Sequence record: OR995200.1
Origin: Escherichia phage JY01
Strand: one strand, 5' to 3'
DNA length: 64,000 bases
The first letter of the stretch is position 1, and the number at the start of each line of letters is the position of its first letter. The notes beneath the pieces were generated by a model. That model saw only the letters and a program-made list of their open reading frames with translations, made no database searches and had not been told where the DNA came from. The position numbers and the translations under genes were made by a program. Shown here one piece after another: positions 38,277 through 48,438 of the stretch.

Positions 38277-38305
38277 CCAAAAAGCCCCAACCTTTCGGTC
38301 GGGGC
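38274..38305 (-). terminator. Rho-independent terminator at the end of the tRNA/stable-RNA unit
   Basis: Minus strand stem AGCCCCGACC/GGUUGGGGCU with GAAA loop followed by UUUUU. Confidence 0.65.
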
Positions 38306-38353
38306 TAAGCCTTGCGGCAACCTTGTCGGGGTTCCACCTGCTAAGGCAAGTGT

Positions 38354-38514
38354 TTGTACGAAACGCCGGGATTCGAACCCGGTTATTAAGCAGTTGACGC
38401 TACTCAATATTTTTAAAAGGCCATATCTCGACCATATCCGAACGTTCCGTCAAAAACGCTACTCGGCTTACGGCAAAGATATTTCCTCGAATCGATAATT
38501 CGGTGCGCCGTTTC
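38354..38514 (-). ncRNA. Candidate tRNA-like stable RNA (compare T4 species 1/2 RNAs)
   Basis: Perfect T-arm-like element CCGGGTTCGAATCCCGG, complementary ends AGAAACG/CGTTTCG, no ORF, terminator immediately downstream. Confidence 0.3.
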
Positions 38515-38615
38515 TGCTGTGATGTAAGAGGGCATCAATAAACGCAAAGATTATTAACGCAATTCCTTACTCAGGGAACATCAGTCCGACGACTTACCGG
38601 TAGCGACCCGGTTTC

Positions 38616-38966
38616 TTAATATTCTTTTAAAGCATCAATCTGTTTACGGCGTTCACGCCATAAATCAATTGCTTCATACGCGGATTCAACATTTCGAATT
38701 GGACGGCATTTATATAAAGATTTGTGATTTTGATATTGCGTAGATAACGGAATTTTATCTAAAAGGTCTTTACGTTCAAAGTATTCGTAACCATCTAAGC
38801 CAAATGAACGATTTTTGAGAAATTGCCAATGACCAAATTCGTTTTGAATATAAATATAATCCGCATGTTGATAAAGTAAATTAATTTCACGAAATGAGAT
38901 ATGTTTTTCATATTCATTGAAGTAAAATGTTAAATCATGAACTACTAAATAAACATTACCTTTCAT
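38616..38966 (-). CDS. Hypothetical protein within the tRNA region
   Basis: 116-aa ORF between tRNA-Arg and the stable-RNA candidate. Confidence 0.45.
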   Translation of the reverse strand: MKGNVYLVVHDLTFYFNEYEKHISFREINLLYQHADYIYIQNEFGHWQFLKNRSFGLDGYEYFERKDLLDKIPLSTQYQNHKSLYKCRPIRNVESAYEAIDLWRERRKQIDALKEY

Positions 38967-38984
38967 ATTTTCCTCACTTATAAT

Positions 38985-39060
38985 TGGTCGAGGCAGTAGG
39001 GATCGAACCTACGACCTAGGACTTAGAAGGTCCTTGCTCTTCCTTCTGAGCTATGCCCCG
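38985..39060 (-). tRNA. tRNA-Arg (anticodon UCU)
   Basis: 76-nt cloverleaf read by hand; anticodon loop CUUCUAA; T-loop GGTTCGATCC; CCA encoded. Confidence 0.8.
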
Positions 39061-39064
39061 TAAT

Positions 39065-39140
39065 TGGGGTGACCGATGGGAGTCGAACCCATGACTACGA
39101 GAATCACAATCTCGAGTTCTACCAACTGAACTACGGCCAC
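39065..39140 (-). tRNA. tRNA-His (anticodon GUG), no encoded G-1
   Basis: 76-nt cloverleaf GTGGCCG…; anticodon loop TTGTGAT; discriminator C; CCA encoded; 5' flanking base is U. Confidence 0.65.
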
Positions 39141-39254
39141 ATTAATACCTACTCCAACAATCAAGATGTCTTCACACGAAATTAAGAGAAGAGTGATCAG
39201 TTCAACCCCTATAATCGCGTCAAGTAGATATTAATGTGACAGTTGTCACAAATT

Positions 39255-39329
39255 TGGCGGACGTGATAGGATTCGAACCTATAACCAATCGCTTAACAGG
39301 CGATCGCTCTGCCATTGAGCTACACATCC
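39255..39329 (-). tRNA. tRNA-Asn (anticodon GUU)
   Basis: 75-nt cloverleaf GGATGTGTAGCTCAATGGCAGAGC…; anticodon loop CTGTTAA; CCA encoded. Confidence 0.75.
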
Positions 39330-39333
39330 AAAT

Positions 39334-39420
39334 TGGTGGGGAGTGATGGAGTCGAACCACCCGAGTCGCAATGACAATGAATTTACAGTCCACACCGCTA
39401 CCTCTACGGGATAACTCCCC
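39334..39420 (-). tRNA. tRNA-Tyr (anticodon GUA), long variable arm
   Basis: 87-nt class II cloverleaf; anticodon loop CTGTAAA; 3-bp D-stem; CCA encoded. Confidence 0.7.
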
Positions 39421-39433
39421 TTAATTCATAATT

Positions 39434-39508
39434 TGGTGGCCCTGGGTGGAATTGAACCACCATCTGGCGATTATGAGTCGCTTGCTTGAACCTTCCAGCT
39501 ACAGGGCC
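39434..39508 (-). tRNA. tRNA with CAU anticodon (Ile2 by T4 synteny, or Met)
   Basis: 75-nt cloverleaf; anticodon loop CTCATAA; lies 1 nt downstream of tRNA-Thr, as in the T4 Thr-Ile dimer. Confidence 0.7.
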
Positions 39509-39509
39509 T

Positions 39510-39585
39510 TGGTGCTGATTGACGGAATCGAACCGCCGACCTTCTCATTACAAGTGAGTTGCTCTACCTACTGAGCTAAATCAGC
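39510..39585 (-). tRNA. tRNA-Thr (anticodon UGU)
   Basis: 76-nt cloverleaf GCTGATTTAGCTCAGTAGGTAGAGC…; anticodon loop CTTGTAA; CCA encoded. Confidence 0.8.
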
Positions 39586-39590
39586 AAAAC

Positions 39591-39680
39591 TGGCGGAGGT
39601 GATAGGATTCGAACCTATGAATCGCCGGAGCGACTGCCGGTTTTCAAGACCGGTGCATTCAACCACTCTGCCACACCTCC
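39591..39680 (-). tRNA. tRNA-Ser (anticodon UGA), long variable arm
   Basis: 90-nt class II tRNA; anticodon stem CCGGT/ACCGG with loop CTTGAAA; CCA encoded. Confidence 0.75.
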
Positions 39681-39682
39681 AG

Positions 39683-39756
39683 TCTCCATACAAGGATTTG
39701 AACCTTGGACCTCCTGATCCCAAATCAGGCGCTCTACCAAACTGAGCTACACGGAG
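39683..39756 (-). tRNA. tRNA-Pro (anticodon UGG), CCA not encoded
   Basis: 74-nt cloverleaf; anticodon loop TTTGGGA; 2-nt spacer to tRNA-Ser (Pro-Ser dimer arrangement). Confidence 0.75.
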
Positions 39757-39766
39757 TAAATTAAAT

Positions 39767-39840
<74 letters not shown>

Positions 39841-39845
39841 AAATT

Positions 39846-39932
39846 TGGTGCGAGAAGTGGGACTCGAACCCACAAGGAAATCATTCCGCAGCATTTTAAG
39901 TGCTGTGCCTTTACCAATTTGACCATTCTCGC
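39846..39932 (-). tRNA. tRNA-Leu (anticodon UAA), long variable arm
   Basis: 87-nt class II tRNA; anticodon stem CAGCA/TGCTG with loop CTTAAAA; CCA encoded. Confidence 0.8.
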
Positions 39933-39933
39933 G

Positions 39934-40006
39934 CTGGGAATAAAGGACTCGAACCTTTGCATCCTGGAATCAAAATCCAGTGCCTTACCAACTTGGCTAA
40001 TTCCCA
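39934..40006 (-). tRNA. tRNA-Gln (anticodon UUG), CCA not encoded
   Basis: Starts TGGGAATTAGCCAAGTTGGTAAGGC with U1-A72; anticodon loop TTTTGAT; 1-nt spacer to tRNA-Leu (Gln-Leu dimer). Confidence 0.8.
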
Positions 40007-40092
40007 ATTATTAACAAAGGCTCTCAAGCAAGAACCCTTGATGATAGAGGGTATTAATCAGTGCGGTATGAGTTAATAATAACAAATAATTC

Positions 40093-40617
40093 TTAAAGCA
40101 AATTAAACATTTTAACGGTCGGCAAAACAATTTCTTCTTCTATATAAGAGTATTTAACACTCTCAACTACACGCAAGAAATCATAGTCATAATATTCAGA
40201 AGCATGACCAAGAATATCAATAAGGCCTTCAAATATCTTATTACCATTCACAAAGAATAAGTCAAATACACGTTCTTCATCTTCTTCGGATTTATTACCA
40301 AGGTCAACTTCTATATCAAAGACCTTTTTAATGAATTCTGGATAAAGTTGTTCTGAGAACAGTCCTTCAACCAAGTATTCATAAATAAAAAGCGATTGCT
40401 CGCTGAACAAGCCATTACCACAATAACGTTCAGCTTTAGTACTAGAATGTCTGCTTTTAAACTTCTTTAAAAGATATTGGAACTGTAAGATTTCATGCTC
40501 TTCTACGCCAAACAGTGTTTTAGTTTTATAGTTGTCACCATCATTTTCCCAGGTAGTGACATCAATTACGTAACCCTGCGGAATTGTAGTACCTAAACAA
40601 ATATTCATTTTCACCAC
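40093..40617 (-). CDS. Hypothetical protein
   Basis: 174-aa ORF downstream of the tRNA array. Confidence 0.5.
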   Translation of the reverse strand: MVKMNICLGTTIPQGYVIDVTTWENDGDNYKTKTLFGVEEHEILQFQYLLKKFKSRHSSTKAERYCGNGLFSEQSLFIYEYLVEGLFSEQLYPEFIKKVFDIEVDLGNKSEEDEERVFDLFFVNGNKIFEGLIDILGHASEYYDYDFLRVVESVKYSYIEEEIVLPTVKMFNLL

Positions 40618-40901
40618 GCTGCATTAATATAAGTATATTTAATACATTCAAGACTTAAAGGATTCTTGAAAATATCATATTCAAGAGGACCTTTTTCTGT
40701 TTCAATAAAGAAATCAAAATTTACTGTATTAAATTTACGGTCTTCCTTCACTAATTTAACCTGAGAAGATGAACGGTCAATGTAAACCTTTTCAACTTCA
40801 AAACATGTTAAAATGCCATAATCATCAATCAAGGCTTTAGCTGCTTCTTGATCATATTTATATCCATTTTCAATGGACGATACTTTAGCATAAAGAATCA
40901 T
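40611..40901 (-). CDS. Hypothetical protein
   Basis: 96-aa ORF. Confidence 0.45.
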   Translation of the reverse strand: MILYAKVSSIENGYKYDQEAAKALIDDYGILTCFEVEKVYIDRSSSQVKLVKEDRKFNTVNFDFFIETEKGPLEYDIFKNPLSLECIKYTYINAAW

Positions 40902-40903
40902 TA

Positions 40904-41284
40904 TTACCCTTCATCAACAATAGTATGAGTGTGGGCATTTACAATTTGCCACCAATCAAAGCGATTAGAACCATACATTGGTTTGTTCTCATTTTCTTTG
41001 ATAATGTCACGGAGTTCATCTTCGGTAGCGGCTTTCGCGATTAAATCAGCATATCCACCGCGAGGATAATAATTATCACCTGCAAAAAGTAAAAAGTTTG
41101 GTTTAATGTTATTGAACTCTTCAAGAGTAATAACTGTTCCACCAGGTTGAACAATATCTACATAACTATATCCTAATTTTTGAGCAGCATCTACTGCTTC
41201 AAGCAAGGTATCATGAGCCCATCCAATTTGGCAATCTGGCTTTTCAGATGGATTAGCCTGATAATCTGCATATACTTTATACAT
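40904..41284 (-). CDS. Hypothetical protein
   Basis: Track ORF trimmed to MYKVYADY. Confidence 0.45.
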   Translation of the reverse strand: MYKVYADYQANPSEKPDCQIGWAHDTLLEAVDAAQKLGYSYVDIVQPGGTVITLEEFNNIKPNFLLFAGDNYYPRGGYADLIAKAATEDELRDIIKENENKPMYGSNRFDWWQIVNAHTHTIVDEG

Positions 41285-41285
41285 T

Positions 41286-41471
41286 TTACTCACCTTTAGA
41301 AATTTTATCCATAACGATAGCAATTAAACCAATTAAAAATGCTACTACAAGTGAAAATACATTTTCTGCTGTAGTTAATAATCCGCATATAAATCCAACA
41401 AACATTGAAAAACTAAAAGCGGAAGCAGAAATTGCAATAGCAACATTTCGAATTAATTCACAGCGTTTCAT
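41286..41471 (-). CDS. Hypothetical small membrane protein
   Basis: Track ORF trimmed to MKRCELIRNV; hydrophobic; upstream extension is the promoter/UTR module. Confidence 0.4.
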   Translation of the reverse strand: MKRCELIRNVAIAISASAFSFSMFVGFICGLLTTAENVFSLVVAFLIGLIAIVMDKISKGE

Positions 41472-41496
41472 TTTATTCTCCTCAGTAGTTGATAGG

Positions 41497-41529
41497 GTAA
41501 TAGTATCACTACTAAAACCCCGTGTAAAC
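41497..41529 (-). promoter_or_regulatory. Early promoter with conserved UP/5'-UTR module
   Basis: Minus strand: tttcacaaagtt, GTTTAC, 17 nt, gtgATACTATTAC, CCTATCAACTACTGAGGAG. Confidence 0.6.
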
Positions 41530-41541
41530 AACTTTGTGAAA

Positions 41542-41799
41542 TTATTTTAAATCTTCTAATCGTTTCTTCATCTTAGAACCATTTTTAGCGATTTCTCCTG
41601 CGTCAGAGCATAATGCTAAAAGTGCTTTAACTTTAGTTTGGTCTCCTTTAAAAGACGAAGGATCGACTGCAGCAGCAAGTTCTTTAATACGAGAGAAAAG
41701 ACGCTCAGCTTCAGCTAAAGCCATTCCAAGCTTTACTTCCATACCATGAGAAGATTCAGTGATAATAGTTTCTGTAGCAAACTCTTTATAAGTTTTCAT
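41542..41799 (-). CDS. Internal protein I-like (ipI position, capsid-targeting leader)
   Basis: 85-aa ORF starting MKTYKEFATE, immediately upstream of 57B as T4 ipI is. Confidence 0.6.
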   Translation of the reverse strand: MKTYKEFATETIITESSHGMEVKLGMALAEAERLFSRIKELAAAVDPSSFKGDQTKVKALLALCSDAGEIAKNGSKMKKRLEDLK

Positions 41800-41821
41800 T
41801 TTATTTTTCCTAATTAATTTT

Positions 41822-41860
41822 GATGAGGTAATAGTATCACTACCTCATCAGTGTGTAAAC
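41822..41860 (-). promoter_or_regulatory. Early promoter for ipI-like gene, -10 in hairpin loop
   Basis: Minus strand: GTTTAC, acac, TGATGAGGTA gtgatactat TACCTCATCA. Confidence 0.55.
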
Positions 41861-41872
41861 AACTTTGTGAAA

Positions 41873-42569
<697 letters not shown>

Positions 42570-42570
<1 letters not shown>

Positions 42571-43295
42571 TATAGTACCTTTAGTGTATTTTTAATTTTA
42601 GAAAAAAGTTCTTCAAGAGAACCATCGTTTGTAATTACTAAATCACCATCACGAATTGGCAATCCAGCTTCTGTAATATGTGTATCATTGGATTTTTGAC
42701 CAGGACGAACTACATGAATTACTGTAGCACCCATCGCCCTAGCCGCATCCATTTCATGATCTTGACGAGTATCAGGAACGATATAATAATCATAACCTGA
42801 GTTAAATTTATCAAGATAATCTAAAGCAAATAATTTTACCCAGTACATGCGGTCGAAGTTATTAACAATCAAATCCGTACCTAGGGCTTGCATCAGACGA
42901 CGGACTGACCATTGATCTTCAATATTATTTATAACGTCAATAATCTTGTTAAATGCTACGGAATTAACTGATTCTTTTCCTTCGTCATCAAAAACAAACA
43001 CACCTTTAATTGGGCTTTTACCATTAAGATAGCAAAATGCTTGTTCCATAATTGTGATTACTTCTAATTTAGTCAGATTTAAATTAGTCTCACGATCATA
43101 GTCAATTCCTTCAAACTCTTTACGAGTTAAGCAAGGATAGTCAGTGTTTGCTGCAAATACTCCCCATGCATAAGCCAATGCATCCTTAATAGGACCAGCA
43201 AGTTGGTATTTAACTGCAGAATAATTGCTCATGATAAAATCAGCAGTAGTATCTTTTCCACTACGCTTTACACCGCTTAAAAAGATTAGTTTCAT
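42570..43295 (-). CDS. 1: Deoxynucleoside monophosphate kinase gp1
   Basis: Track ORF trimmed to MKLIFLSGVKRSGKDT (P-loop), 241 aa. Confidence 0.9.
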
Positions 43296-43344
43296 GTGTT
43301 TCTCCTCAAATTTAATTAAGATTATAACACACAAAACTGAAGCA

Positions 43345-43875
43345 TTAAACTTCTGCTATAATTTTTCCATCTTTTTCTACTTGAAAATAGGTGTAAGGAA
43401 TCGTTGCAGTACATACTAAAGCCGGGTCTGAATCTTCTGTGTAGCTAAATTCTACTTCAGATAGGTCAGAAACCCACGGCTTATAAAAATTTATTGACAT
43501 CACGATTTCAGTTTTGCTATTATCTAAGATGTAAAGCGTAATGTACTCAGGACCTGTTTTTTGGGCAGTATTTTCACCTGTAAGATAGTTGCTAGTTCCT
43601 AGCATCCATTCATACATTCCTATCCACGACTTAAGTTCTTCATCAACTATAAATCTCACAATGAGTGGATCATACTCAAATGTAACACCTGGACGTTGTG
43701 CTCGGCCCAGTCCAAACGGCCCAGTCACGGTATCAGTAACAGGTATTCTAATTCCTGGAATAGGAACTGACTGAGCATTTAAAGTAAAAGCAGATGTAGT
43801 ATTACTATGTGGTATTGATACTACAAAGTTAGTTGTATTTGCTTGGTTAAAAATTTGTTGCAGAGCTTGCGACAT
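43345..43875 (-). CDS. 3: Tail completion / sheath stabiliser protein gp3
   Basis: Track ORF trimmed to MSQALQQIFNQ, 176 aa, T4 gp3 size and position. Confidence 0.85.
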   Translation of the reverse strand: MSQALQQIFNQANTTNFVVSIPHSNTTSAFTLNAQSVPIPGIRIPVTDTVTGPFGLGRAQRPGVTFEYDPLIVRFIVDEELKSWIGMYEWMLGTSNYLTGENTAQKTGPEYITLYILDNSKTEIVMSINFYKPWVSDLSEVEFSYTEDSDPALVCTATIPYTYFQVEKDGKIIAEV

Positions 43876-43981
43876 ATATTCCTCATAATGCTTTATAACT
43901 GTTGGTGGTATAATGGGTCTAAGTCCCTTCCATTCAATTCCATTTAGAACAAACAACAGAAAAGAATGGAAGATAATAGAA

Positions 43982-44806
43982 TTAGATATTTGACCAGACT
44001 TTGTTTGCAGAGAAACGTTTTCCTTTTGAAACGAACTGCTGAAGTGGCATTAACACAACGTTCGCCCAGTCTTTCGGGGCGATTTCAACGAGGCTACCCA
44101 TAATATTACCAGGTATATATGCCTTAATCATTTGGTCTGCACCCCTAAATCCTTTCACTTGACTCCAATCAATTTTTAATTTCGTTTTATTAGTAATAGT
44201 AGGTGTATTTGAATATTGCTTTAAAAGCTCTTCTAGAAATTGCTGACGAGCTTTAGGTGGAATATAGTGCAAGTTCAATCCGTACATTAAATTATGTTTA
44301 CCTAAACCAAGGTAAATTATCAAAGGAAATTTATCCCAATAAGGAAGAGTTTCCTTGTGTTTAGCATCATAAGCAAAAGCATATATTCGTCCCGGCTGCG
44401 GGCGAACAACTTTATGTCCTTTTACTTGCTTAATAGTTTCGGCAAACCATTTTCTGGTTTTATTATTAATTGCTGCACCTTCATTACGAATTTTATCGCG
44501 CAATGTTTGTCTGAATGAATTTATCATAAGCAGTTGTCTTTCTTGCTTATTGAGCTTATTCATTGGTTTTGATTCAAGCTTTTGAATCTTTTCAGCCGTT
44601 TTAATTCCTGAAGCATATTTTGACATTGCCGAAGTAAACGTAGAGTATTTGATTCCTCTTTCTTCAGCAAATTGCTTTCCTGTCATTCCTTTTGCTTTGG
44701 CCTTTTTATATTCAAGACCTATTTGAATCCATTTCTTTTCGTTTAATGATTGCTTAACCTTTGGAACTTGGGGAGTGCTTTCATTAATTATTTGAAAAAT
44801 AGCCAT
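43982..44806 (-). CDS. 2: DNA end-protector protein gp2
   Basis: 274-aa basic ORF, T4 gp2 size and position. Confidence 0.88.
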   Translation of the reverse strand: MAIFQIINESTPQVPKVKQSLNEKKWIQIGLEYKKAKAKGMTGKQFAEERGIKYSTFTSAMSKYASGIKTAEKIQKLESKPMNKLNKQERQLLMINSFRQTLRDKIRNEGAAINNKTRKWFAETIKQVKGHKVVRPQPGRIYAFAYDAKHKETLPYWDKFPLIIYLGLGKHNLMYGLNLHYIPPKARQQFLEELLKQYSNTPTITNKTKLKIDWSQVKGFRGADQMIKAYIPGNIMGSLVEIAPKDWANVVLMPLQQFVSKGKRFSANKVWSNI

Positions 44807-45258
44807 TATGCCCCCTTAAAGCCAAGAGCTCGTAATCCATCTTCTGTTAGAATTCTAAATTTTATTCCACGCTTTTCAGCTAAAGCTTGCGCTGCTTTCC
44901 ATTTGTCGGTATTAACAGAATATGTATAAATTTCATTCATAAATCTTTTCTTCGCTGCGGTTGTTAGATGTGCTGGTTTAACTGGTGGTTGTGTTTCTTT
45001 TTTAGGTTTTATTTCAATAAAAAATTCTTGTCCAGAAGAATCTTTCATCCAAATATCCATGAAGTATCTACGTTTTTTCCCTTCGGCATTACAAAAATAA
45101 GGAATTACTGCTGTTTCACTACCCCATGCAATAATTTCTGGATTTTTATCTAACCATTCAAAAAAGAATTTTTCCCAATTTGATCTATACGTAATTTTTT
45201 TAGGGTCACCTCTATACTTTGATATATTTTTAGGAACCCATTTTCCAGAATATGCCAT
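44806..45258 (-). CDS. 4: Head completion protein gp4
   Basis: 150-aa ORF, T4 gp4 size and position; late promoter upstream. Confidence 0.88.
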   Translation of the reverse strand: MAYSGKWVPKNISKYRGDPKKITYRSNWEKFFFEWLDKNPEIIAWGSETAVIPYFCNAEGKKRRYFMDIWMKDSSGQEFFIEIKPKKETQPPVKPAHLTTAAKKRFMNEIYTYSVNTDKWKAAQALAEKRGIKFRILTEDGLRALGFKGA

Positions 45259-45269
45259 TGGATTCTCCT

Positions 45270-45277
45270 TATAAATA
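45270..45277 (+). promoter_or_regulatory. Late promoter for gene 53 and the plus-strand baseplate block
   Basis: TATAAATA 29 nt upstream of the gene 53 ATG. Confidence 0.7.
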
Positions 45278-45284
45278 GATAATA

Positions 45285-45292
45285 TATTTATA
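45285..45292 (-). promoter_or_regulatory. Late promoter for gene 4 (divergent from the gene 53 promoter)
   Basis: Plus-strand TATTTATA is TATAAATA on minus, about 27 nt upstream of gene 4 start. Confidence 0.65.
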
Positions 45293-45305
45293 AACAGGAG
45301 GGCCC

Positions 45306-45896
45306 ATGCTCTTTACATTTTTTGATCCGATTGAATATGCGGCCAAAACGGTGAATAAAAACGCGCCGACTATTCCTATGACAGATATTTTTAGAAACTA
45401 TAAAGACTATTTTAAACGCGCTCTTGCGGGATACCGCTTACGTACTTATTATATCAAAGGTTCACCACGTCCGGAAGAATTAGCAAATACTATATATGGA
45501 AATCCACAGCTGTATTGGGTTTTATTGATGTGTAATGATAATTATGATCCATATTATGGATGGATTACTTCACAAGAAGCTGCTTATCAAGCATCTATAC
45601 AAAAATACAAAAATGTGGGTGGAGACCAAATAGTATATCATGTGAATGAGAACGGTGAAAAATTTTATAATTTAATATCATACGATGATAATCCATATGT
45701 TTGGTATGATAAAGGCGATAAAGCTAGAAAATATCCTCAATATGAAGGAGCACTTGCTGCGGTCGATACGTATGAAGCGGTTGTTCTTGAAAATGAAAAA
45801 CTTCGTCAAATAAAAATAATAGCAAAATCAGACATTAATTCATTTATGAACGACCTTATACGTATAATGGAGAAATCTTATGGAAATGATAAGTAA
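45306..45896 (+). CDS. 53: Baseplate wedge protein gp53
   Basis: 196-aa ORF; late promoter TATAAATA 29 nt upstream. Confidence 0.9.
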   Translation: MLFTFFDPIEYAAKTVNKNAPTIPMTDIFRNYKDYFKRALAGYRLRTYYIKGSPRPEELANTIYGNPQLYWVLLMCNDNYDPYYGWITSQEAAYQASIQKYKNVGGDQIVYHVNENGEKFYNLISYDDNPYVWYDKGDKARKYPQYEGALAAVDTYEAVVLENEKLRQIKIIAKSDINSFMNDLIRIMEKSYGNDK

Positions 45897-47607
45897 TAAC
45901 CTTAATTGGTTTGTTGGTGTTGTTGAAGATAGAATGGACCCATTAAAATTAGGTCGTGTTCGTGTTCGTGTTGTTGGTCTGCATCCACCTCAAAGAGCAC
46001 AAGGTGATGTAATGGGTATTCCAACTGAAAAATTACCATGGATGTCAGTTATTCAACCTATAACTTCTGCAGCAATGTCTGGAATTGGAGGCTCCGTTAC
46101 TGGACCGGTAGAAGGAACTAGAGTTTATGGTCATTTTTTAGACAAATGGAAAACTAACGGAATTGTCCTTGGTACATATGGCGGAATAGTTCGCGAAAAA
46201 CCTAATAGACTTGAAGGATTTTCTGACCCAACTGGACAGTATCCTAGACGTCTAGGAAATGATACTAACGTATTAAACCAAGGCGGAGAAGTAGGATATG
46301 ATTCGTCTTCTAATATTATCCAAGATAGCAATCTAGACACTGCGATAAATCCTGATGATAGACCATTATCAGAAATTCCAACTGATGATAATCCAAATAT
46401 GTCAATGGCTGAAATGCTTCGCCGCGATGAAGGATTAAGACTAAAAGTTTATTGGGATACCGAAGGATATCCGACAATTGGTATTGGTCATCTTATCATG
46501 AAGCAGCCAGTTCGTGATATGGCCCAAATTAATAAAGTTTTATCAAAACAGGTTGGTCGTGAAATTACCGGAAATCCAGGTTCTATTACAATGGAAGAAG
46601 CGGTAACTTTATTTGAACGTGATTTAGCTGATATGCAACGTGACATTAAATCACATTCTAAAGTTGGCCCAGTTTGGCAAGCAGTTAATCGTTCTCGTCA
46701 AATGGCATTAGAAAATATGGCATTTCAGATGGGTGTTGGCGGTGTAGCTAAATTTAACACAATGTTAACTGCTATGTTAGCAGGAGATTGGGAAAAAGCA
46801 TATAAAGCCGGTCGTGATTCATTGTGGTATCAACAAACAAAAGGCCGTGCATCCCGTGTTACCATGATTATTCTTACGGGGAATTTGGAATCATATGGTG
46901 TTGAAGTGAAAACTCCAGCTAGGTCTTTATCGGCAATGGCTGCTACTGTAGCAAAGTCTTCTGACCCGGCTGACCCTCCTATTCCAAATGACTCGAGAAT
47001 TTTATTCAAAGAACCAGTTTCTTCATATAAAGGTGAATATCCTTATGTACATACAATGGAAACTGAAAGCGGTCATATTCAGGAATTTGATGATACCCCT
47101 GGGCAAGAACGATATAGATTAGTTCATCCAACTGGAACTTATGAAGAAGTATCACCGTCAGGAAGAAGAACAAGAAAAACTGTCGATAATTTGTATGATA
47201 TAACCAACGCTGATGGTAATTTTTTGGTAGCCGGCGATAAAAAGACTAACGTCGGTGGATCAGAAATTTATTACAACATGGATAATCGTCTTCACCAAAT
47301 AGATGGAAGCAATACAATATTTGTACGTGGCGATGAAACTAAGACGGTTGAAGGTAATGGAACTATCCTAGTTAAAGGTAATGTTACTATTGTAGTTGAA
47401 GGTAATGCTGACATTACAGTTAAAGGAGATGCTACCACTTTAGTTGAAGGAAATCAGACTAATACAGTAAATGGAAATCTTTCTTGGAAAGTTGCTGGGA
47501 CAGTTGATTGGGACGTTGGTGGTGATTGGACAGAAAAAATGGCATCTATGAGTTCTATTTCATCTGGTCAATACACAATTGATGGATCGAGGATTGACAT
47601 TGGCTAA
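45880..47607 (+). CDS. 5: Baseplate hub / tail-associated lysozyme gp5
   Basis: 575-aa ORF with internal lysozyme domain (MAEMLRRDEGLRLKVYWDTEGYPTIGIGH) and C-terminal VEGN repeats. Confidence 0.95.
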   Translation: MEMISNNLNWFVGVVEDRMDPLKLGRVRVRVVGLHPPQRAQGDVMGIPTEKLPWMSVIQPITSAAMSGIGGSVTGPVEGTRVYGHFLDKWKTNGIVLGTYGGIVREKPNRLEGFSDPTGQYPRRLGNDTNVLNQGGEVGYDSSSNIIQDSNLDTAINPDDRPLSEIPTDDNPNMSMAEMLRRDEGLRLKVYWDTEGYPTIGIGHLIMKQPVRDMAQINKVLSKQVGREITGNPGSITMEEAVTLFERDLADMQRDIKSHSKVGPVWQAVNRSRQMALENMAFQMGVGGVAKFNTMLTAMLAGDWEKAYKAGRDSLWYQQTKGRASRVTMIILTGNLESYGVEVKTPARSLSAMAATVAKSSDPADPPIPNDSRILFKEPVSSYKGEYPYVHTMETESGHIQEFDDTPGQERYRLVHPTGTYEEVSPSGRRTRKTVDNLYDITNADGNFLVAGDKKTNVGGSEIYYNMDNRLHQIDGSNTIFVRGDETKTVEGNGTILVKGNVTIVVEGNADITVKGDATTLVEGNQTNTVNGNLSWKVAGTVDWDVGGDWTEKMASMSSISSGQYTIDGSRIDIG

Positions 47608-48136
47608 TATACTTCCAATGAGCGCTGATTTAGGAGAATCCATGGAAGGTTCTTCTATCGACGTCACCTTTACCGCTCAATTAGAAACAGGTGAAACGTT
47701 AGTATCTATAAATATAACTAGTTACGAAGAAACTCCTGGGGTTTTAGTAGAAGAAAATCGTTTATATGGAACGTATGAATCTGTATTTGGATTTGGAAAT
47801 GATGCGTTGAAATATCGTTTAGATAATGAATTTAAAACCGCTGCTTCATGGGAAGACCTTCCAACTGATTCTAATACTCAGTTATATTTATGGAAAGCTC
47901 CTCAAAACCTCCAGAAGACATTCACTTACGAAGTAACATTAATATATGACTATCAAGAACAAAGTGAATCTGGAGGTTCTGGCAGTAATTCTAGGTCATC
48001 TTCTGATACTACTGAACCGACAGATCCTCCTGCTCCAGTAAGAAAAACTCTCGTTAAAAATTATACTAAAACTATAGTTGGAAATTGGAGTCGTTGGGCT
48101 AATAAGCTGAGAAGCTATGTGTATGAGAGGCCATAA
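47579..48136 (+). CDS. Hypothetical protein (5.1 position)
   Basis: 185-aa ORF between genes 5 and 5.4. Confidence 0.6.
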
Positions 48137-48430
48137 ATGTCAGGATTAAGTTATGATAAGTGTGTTACTGCTGGCCATGAAGCGTGGCCTCCAACAGTTG
48201 TGAATGCTACACAAAGTAAAGTATTCACTGGAGGAATTGCTGTTCTAGTAGCAGGCGATCCAATTACAGAACATACAGAAATTAAAAAGCCATATGAAAC
48301 ACATGGCGGAGTGACACAACCTAGAACTTCTAAGGTATATGTCACTGGAAAGAAAGCTGTTCAAATGGCTGATCCAATATCATGCGGTGATACTGTGGCT
48401 CAGGCATCATCTAAAGTATTCATTAAATAG
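48137..48430 (+). CDS. 5.4: PAAR-repeat spike-tip protein gp5.4
   Basis: 97-aa ORF matching T4 gp5.4 size and position; small Cys/His-containing beta-rich protein. Confidence 0.8.
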
Positions 48431-48438
48431 GATTTAAA

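Noticed and set aside
38616-38966. Possible homing endonuclease (seg-like) ORF in the tRNA region
   Set aside because: No recognisable GIY-YIG or HNH motif on inspection; kept only as a hypothetical protein.
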